A stretch of 64,000 nucleotides of DNA from an uncultured Spirochaetaceae bacterium (GTDB lineage Bacteria > Spirochaetota > Spirochaetia > Sphaerochaetales > Sphaerochaetaceae), in the NCBI GenBank assembly GCA_900321635.1, contig ONWV01000002.1:1964-65963 (forward strand). Direction: 5' to 3'. Within the stretch, counting starts at the first letter, position 1, and each line of letters begins with the position of its first letter. The notes beneath the pieces were generated by a model, which saw only the letters and a program-made list of their open reading frames with translations, searched no databases and had not been told where the DNA came from. Both the position numbers and the translations under genes were made by a program. This document shows positions 59,633-64,000 of the stretch, one piece after another.

Positions 59633-61363
59633 TCAGGCCTCCTTTGAGATTGCATTCTGTCTGCAAAGCTGGCTGCAGACACCGCATCCGACGCACTGGG
59701 TGGCATCAATTACGGCCTTCTTGTCCACGATGCTGATTGCAGGACATCCGATGTTCATGCAGGCTTTGCAGCCTATGCACTTTGAGCTGTCCACGCTGAT
59801 GGGGCCAGGATGCTTTACTGTCTTTAAAAGCGCGCAGGGGCGTCTTGAGATAATTACAGAAGGCTCCTTTCTTCCCACTTCCTCTTTGATTGCCTTGTCA
59901 CACTCTTCGAGGTTGTAGGGATCCACGACACGTACATGCTTGATTCCGATTGATCGGCAAAGAGCCTCAAGGTCTATCTTTGTGCACGGATCGCCTTTGA
60001 GGTTGAATCCTGTGGTTGGATTCTGCTGGTGGCCTGTCATTCCCGTTGTGGAATTATCCAGGATGATGACAGTAGATGCACTTTCATTGTAGGCGATGTT
60101 CACAAGGCCCGTGATTCCGCTGTGCATGAAGGTTGAGTCTCCTATGACCGCAACAGTCTTTAGACCTGCAGCACCTGCCTTGTTAAAGCCGTGAAGACCT
60201 GAAACGGAAGCTCCCATACAGATTGTGGTATCTGTTGCCATAAGCGGGGCAGTGGCTCCCAGGGTGTAGCATCCTATGTCTCCCAGGACGGTGAGCTTAT
60301 TCTTCTTGAGTATGTAGTAAAGACCTCTGTGAGGACAGCCTGCACACATCACAGGCGGGCGCATAGGAATCTGATCCTCAAGTTTGTCGCCTGTCTGATA
60401 AGGGAAGCCGAGCTTCTGAGCAACCTTGTTGGGCATAAGCTCATCGATGTTCCCAAACAGCTCTTTACCCTTGACTTTTACACCGATTGAGTTGCAATGG
60501 GCCTCTATTATACCGTCAAGTTCCTCAACCACGATGACCTCTGAGACCTTGGATGCAAAGTCCTGAATCAGTTTTACGGGAAGGGGATTCACTATTCCCA
60601 GCTTCAAAACAGGGTATCTTGAACCGCAGACTTCCTTCACATAGTCATAGCTTGTTGAAGATGTGATTATGCCTTTGGAAGAATCGCTTCCTTTCTCGAC
60701 TCTGTTGATCGGAGCGTTTTCTGCCCACTCTGTAAGGTCGGCTGTACGCTGCTCTACAACAGGGTGTCTCTTTTTGGCCATGCCAGGCATCATTATGTAC
60801 TTTGCGATGTTCTTCTCATAAGGCTTGTCTTCCATCTGGATTCTGTCTGATGTCTCGACGATGCTCTGACAGTGTGCTATGCGTGTGCACATCTTCACAA
60901 TGACAGGGGTATCGAACTTCTCGGAAAGCTCAAAGGCGAGCTTTGTGAAAGATAGAGCCTCAGATGAATCGGACGGCTCAAGCATCGGAACCTTGGCTGC
61001 AATGGCATAGTGTCTTGAGTCCTGCTCGTTCTGCGATGAATGCATTCCCGGATCGTCTGCTACGCAGATGACCATGCCGCCGTTGACTCCTGTGTAGGAG
61101 ATTGTGAAAAGAGGGTCTGCTGCCACATTCAGGCCAACATGCTTCATTCCGCAGAAGCTTCTTTTTCCCGCAAGGGATGCTCCGAAGGCGGCTTCCATGG
61201 CAACCTTTTCATTAGGTGCCCATTCCGCATATATTTCAGGATACTTTGCGGCAAACTCCGTTATCTCGGTACTTGGTGTTCCTGGATAGCTTGAGACAAA
61301 GCTGCATCCTGCCTCAAACAGGCCTCTTGCAAAGGCCTCGTTGCCCAACATTAGTTTTTTCAT
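59633..61363 (-). CDS. iorA: indolepyruvate:ferredoxin oxidoreductase, alpha subunit
   Basis: 576 aa with TPP-binding GDSTFMHSG and two ferredoxin motifs (CIGCKACMNIGCP and CVGCGVCSQLC). Confidence 0.9.
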   Translation of the reverse strand: MKKLMLGNEAFARGLFEAGCSFVSSYPGTPSTEITEFAAKYPEIYAEWAPNEKVAMEAAFGASLAGKRSFCGMKHVGLNVAADPLFTISYTGVNGGMVICVADDPGMHSSQNEQDSRHYAIAAKVPMLEPSDSSEALSFTKLAFELSEKFDTPVIVKMCTRIAHCQSIVETSDRIQMEDKPYEKNIAKYIMMPGMAKKRHPVVEQRTADLTEWAENAPINRVEKGSDSSKGIITSSTSYDYVKEVCGSRYPVLKLGIVNPLPVKLIQDFASKVSEVIVVEELDGIIEAHCNSIGVKVKGKELFGNIDELMPNKVAQKLGFPYQTGDKLEDQIPMRPPVMCAGCPHRGLYYILKKNKLTVLGDIGCYTLGATAPLMATDTTICMGASVSGLHGFNKAGAAGLKTVAVIGDSTFMHSGITGLVNIAYNESASTVIILDNSTTGMTGHQQNPTTGFNLKGDPCTKIDLEALCRSIGIKHVRVVDPYNLEECDKAIKEEVGRKEPSVIISRRPCALLKTVKHPGPISVDSSKCIGCKACMNIGCPAISIVDKKAVIDATQCVGCGVCSQLCRQNAISKEA

Positions 61364-61374
61364 GTCAACCTCAC

Positions 61375-63015
61375 TCAGCTCATAATCTGCTGTTCTACAA
61401 GGTTTGAGACCCTGTAGCGTTCCCTCAGAACCGGCTTTTCAATCTTTCCGGTCGGGTTTCTGGGAACATCGGCAAAGATGATCTTCTTCGGTCTCTTGTA
61501 CCTCGGAAGATCCTGACAGAATTCCTCTATCTCTTCCTGGGTGCACTTCATTCCGTCCTTGATTGAGATGATTGCAGCCGCAATCTCTCCAAGTCTCTGG
61601 TCCGGAAGACCTATGACTGCCACATCCTTGATCTTGTCGAATTTGCGCAGGTAGTCCTCGATCTGGACGGGGTAGAGGTTCTCTCCTCCTGTGATGATGA
61701 CATCCTTCTTTCTGTCCACAAGGTAGATGAAGCCGTCGCTGTCGCGCTTTGCCATATCACCTGTCAGAAGCCAGCCGTCCTTGGTGAGGATCTCGGCTGT
61801 GGCCTCAGGGTTCTTGTAGTAGCAGTCCATGACACCCGGGCCCTTGACTGCAAGCTCTCCGACATCTTCGCCTGAGACTTCTGTCTTTCCGTCTTCCTTG
61901 ACGATCTTGGCTTCCCAGAGGTAGCCCGGAATTCCTATGGCACCGACTTTCTCGACATTCTCGACACCAAGGTGCACGCAGCCCGGTCCGATGGACTCGG
62001 AAAGGCCGTAGTTCGTGTCATACTGGTGGTGCGGGAAGACCTTGAGCCATCTCTTGATGAGACTTGGCGGAACAGGCTGGGCTCCTACGTGCATAAGGCG
62101 CCACTGGCTGAGAAGATAGTCATCAAGTTTGATTCTTCCGCTGTCAATCGCATCAAGAATGTCCTGTACCCATGGTACCAGAAGCCAGACGATGGTGCAT
62201 TTTTCCTCTGTGACAGTTCTGAGAATCCATTCAGGTTTGATTCCTCTGAGAATAACTGCCTTTCCGCCTGTCATCAGGCTGCCGAACCAGTGCATCTTGG
62301 CTCCAGTGTGATAGAGCGGGGGAATGCACAGAAAAACATCGTCCTTGGTCTGGCCGTGATGCTTCTGCTCTGTAAGGCATGAGCTGTAAAGGGCTCTGTG
62401 CTTGTGCAAAATAGCCTTGGGAAAGCCTGTGGTTCCGGATGAGAAGTAGATGGCCGCATAGTCATCCTGATCCAGGGCGATGGGAGGTGCATAGGTTGAT
62501 GTGAAGTTCATGACCCTGAGGCAGTTTTCCGTATACGACGGGCCGTTGTCTCCGACGTAGAACATGGTCTTTACCTTGGGAATCTGGTTAGAGATGGCAT
62601 CCATGCGCGCTGTGAACTCGGGTCCGAATACAAGAATCTCGACATCCGCAAGGTCCAGACAGTATTTGATCTCATCACTGGAATACCTGTAGTTCATGGG
62701 AACGACGATGCATCCGGCCTTCAGGATACCGAAATAAATCGGCAGATACTCAAGGCAGTTCATCATCAGAATGCCGACCTTTGTCCCGCGCGGGACTTCA
62801 CGGCTTAAAAGCAGGTTCGCGAACCTGTTTGCCATGTGGTCGAAAGTCCTCCAGTTCATCTCCCTTCTGTAGGGCGAGTCCGTTGCGCTCTCTATCAGGC
62901 TGGCCTCTCTCCAGGTCACAGCCTGGTCTCTCTTCTCTGAAGGGCTTACCACGACAAGGGCCGTGTCAGAACCATACAATCTGGAGTTCCTCTCAAGGAA
63001 ATCAGTGATAACCAT
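61375..63015 (-). CDS. AMP-forming acyl-CoA ligase (class I adenylate-forming enzyme)
   Basis: 546 aa with AMP-binding motifs YFSSGTTGFPKA and TGDMAKRDSDGFIYLVDRKKD. GGAGGAAGCT SD. Confidence 0.85.
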   Translation of the reverse strand: MVITDFLERNSRLYGSDTALVVVSPSEKRDQAVTWREASLIESATDSPYRREMNWRTFDHMANRFANLLLSREVPRGTKVGILMMNCLEYLPIYFGILKAGCIVVPMNYRYSSDEIKYCLDLADVEILVFGPEFTARMDAISNQIPKVKTMFYVGDNGPSYTENCLRVMNFTSTYAPPIALDQDDYAAIYFSSGTTGFPKAILHKHRALYSSCLTEQKHHGQTKDDVFLCIPPLYHTGAKMHWFGSLMTGGKAVILRGIKPEWILRTVTEEKCTIVWLLVPWVQDILDAIDSGRIKLDDYLLSQWRLMHVGAQPVPPSLIKRWLKVFPHHQYDTNYGLSESIGPGCVHLGVENVEKVGAIGIPGYLWEAKIVKEDGKTEVSGEDVGELAVKGPGVMDCYYKNPEATAEILTKDGWLLTGDMAKRDSDGFIYLVDRKKDVIITGGENLYPVQIEDYLRKFDKIKDVAVIGLPDQRLGEIAAAIISIKDGMKCTQEEIEEFCQDLPRYKRPKKIIFADVPRNPTGKIEKPVLRERYRVSNLVEQQIMS

Positions 63016-63118
63016 AGCTTCCTCCCAAAATGAATCCCGGACTATTTGATCCGGGCTAAAACCAATTTCTCATTTAATAGAGATAAGGTCAACCTGAGAA
63101 AGGGGACTTTTGTAATAA

Positions 63119-63147
63119 ATTACAACATAATGTTATTATAATAACAA
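63119..63147 (-). promoter_or_regulatory. putative promoter of the acyl-CoA ligase-iorAB-aminotransferase operon, embedded in palindromes
   Basis: The minus strand reads TTGTTA (63147-63142), a 17-nt spacer, then TGTAAT (63124-63119). Confidence 0.4.
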
Positions 63148-63170
63148 CTGCGACGACAGGTGAGGGCAAA

Positions 63171-63198
63171 CAAAAAAGCTCCGCCTTGCGACGGAGCT
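63171..63198 (-). terminator. intrinsic terminator of the SDR gene
   Basis: The minus strand reads AGCTCCG-tcgcaagg-CGGAGCT followed by TTTTTTG. Confidence 0.7.
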
Positions 63199-63218
63199 CT
63201 GAATGAAGAACTGAAAAC

Positions 63219-64000
63219 TCAGCTTGTCGGACCGACCTTTGAGTCGACATGCATTCCCATACCTGCGGTGTGGGCTGAAACCTCTGAAGCGAGGTACAGA
63301 ACTGCGTTTGCAACCTCTTCCGGCTTTGCATAGCGCTTGTCCATTGCATAAGCACCGGCCAGAGCTGCCATAGCCTCGGCGTGTGAGAGCTGCGGGAAGA
63401 AGTCCTTCTCGATTCTGACCATCATCGGAGTGTCGACAGGACCCGGGCATACGTAGTTGACGTTGATTCCCAATGGTCCGAGCTCCAGAGCGACACACTT
63501 TGTGAGACCGGAGACTGCATACTTTGATGAAACATATGCGCTGTTGCCGGCTGTGGGCTCGTAAGCGGCTGCTGATGCTACGACAACGATTGCACCGGAC
63601 TTCTTCTCGATGAGAGTCGGAGCTGCATACTTCATTGTGAGCATGACTGAGAAGACGTTGAGCATGTAAACCTGATCGAAGAGATCAAGAGTCATATCCT
63701 GGACAGGATGAGCCTTTCCCTCGTAACCTGCGTTCGGAACAACGATATCGATTGTGCCGAAGTGCTTCTTTGCGTTCTCGACGAAATTCTTGATATCCTC
63801 TTCCTTGGTCATGTCAGCGATGAAAGCTGCGACCTGATTGCCTGCGTTGAGCTCTGCAAGAAGAGCGTCAGCCTTTGCCTGGCTTGTTGAAGAGAAGGCA
63901 ACCTTTGCACCCTCTGCGAGGAATCCTCTGACAATGGCGCTTCCGATTCCGCCTGTACCGCCTGTGACCAGAACGACCTTGTTCTTAAGCTTAAGATCCA
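63219..64000 (-). CDS. short-chain dehydrogenase/reductase (SDR), 5' end just outside window
   Basis: The reading frame continues to the window edge (DLKLKNKVVLVTGGTGGIGSAI, i.e. TGxxxGIG). Catalytic YVSSK motif. An intrinsic terminator follows. Confidence 0.85.
   Translation of the reverse strand, partial: DLKLKNKVVLVTGGTGGIGSAIVRGFLAEGAKVAFSSTSQAKADALLAELNAGNQVAAFIADMTKEEDIKNFVENAKKHFGTIDIVVPNAGYEGKAHPVQDMTLDLFDQVYMLNVFSVMLTMKYAAPTLIEKKSGAIVVVASAAAYEPTAGNSAYVSSKYAVSGLTKCVALELGPLGINVNYVCPGPVDTPMMVRIEKDFFPQLSHAEAMAALAGAYAMDKRYAKPEEVANAVLYLASEVSAHTAGMGMHVDSKVGPTS

Overview
This is a 64-kb chromosomal segment with about 52 protein-coding genes. I found no rRNA or tRNA gene, no CRISPR array, and no transposase, integrase or phage gene. 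The only structured RNA I can support is a TPP riboswitch. The content is central and accessory metabolism of an anaerobe. The organism is probably diderm, because the substrate-binding proteins (SBPs) carry mostly Cys-less signal-peptidase-I signal peptides and there is a small OMP-like beta-barrel ORF. A type III glutamine synthetase and an indolepyruvate:ferredoxin oxidoreductase are also present. A spirochaete such as Treponema or Sphaerochaeta is a reasonable guess that I cannot prove. Gene blocks in order: asnB-glnA(type III)-pyrG. A DeoR-controlled operon with fba, split transketolase, PfkB kinase and an Fbp/Afu-class ABC importer. A Na+/solute symporter, an orphan ORF and a second Fbp-class ABC importer. 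A three-subunit xanthine-dehydrogenase-family enzyme. A lipid-hydrolase cluster (DUF2974 hydrolase, a class-3 lipase fused to a YhhN domain, an OMP-like ORF). metA, then metY with a cytoplasmic CE8 esterase carrying a Lar-like zinc ribbon. A FecCD/BtuCDF-class ABC operon with an embedded methyltransferase. yitT, fumC and a TRIC-like channel. thiBPQ behind a TPP riboswitch. Divergent pdxR/pdxK. proCAB, a DHOD-like gene and gdhA. AddAB-type helicase-nuclease, Nudix hydrolase and malic enzyme. An acyl-CoA ligase-iorAB-aminotransferase operon, and a partial SDR gene. I see no classical defence or mobile system. The best candidates for undescribed biology are: (1) the signal-peptide class-3 lipase fused to a YhhN domain, with its neighbours; (2) the degenerate 9-bp tandem array upstream of metA; (3) the metY-coupled CE8-Lar fusion with a nested start; (4) the putative phosphosugar locus, whose ABC ATPase and permease are joined by a frame change; (5) the aryl-acid/aromatic amino acid operon with a triple-palindrome operator. 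All functional calls rest on motif and architecture recognition by eye. No database search was run.
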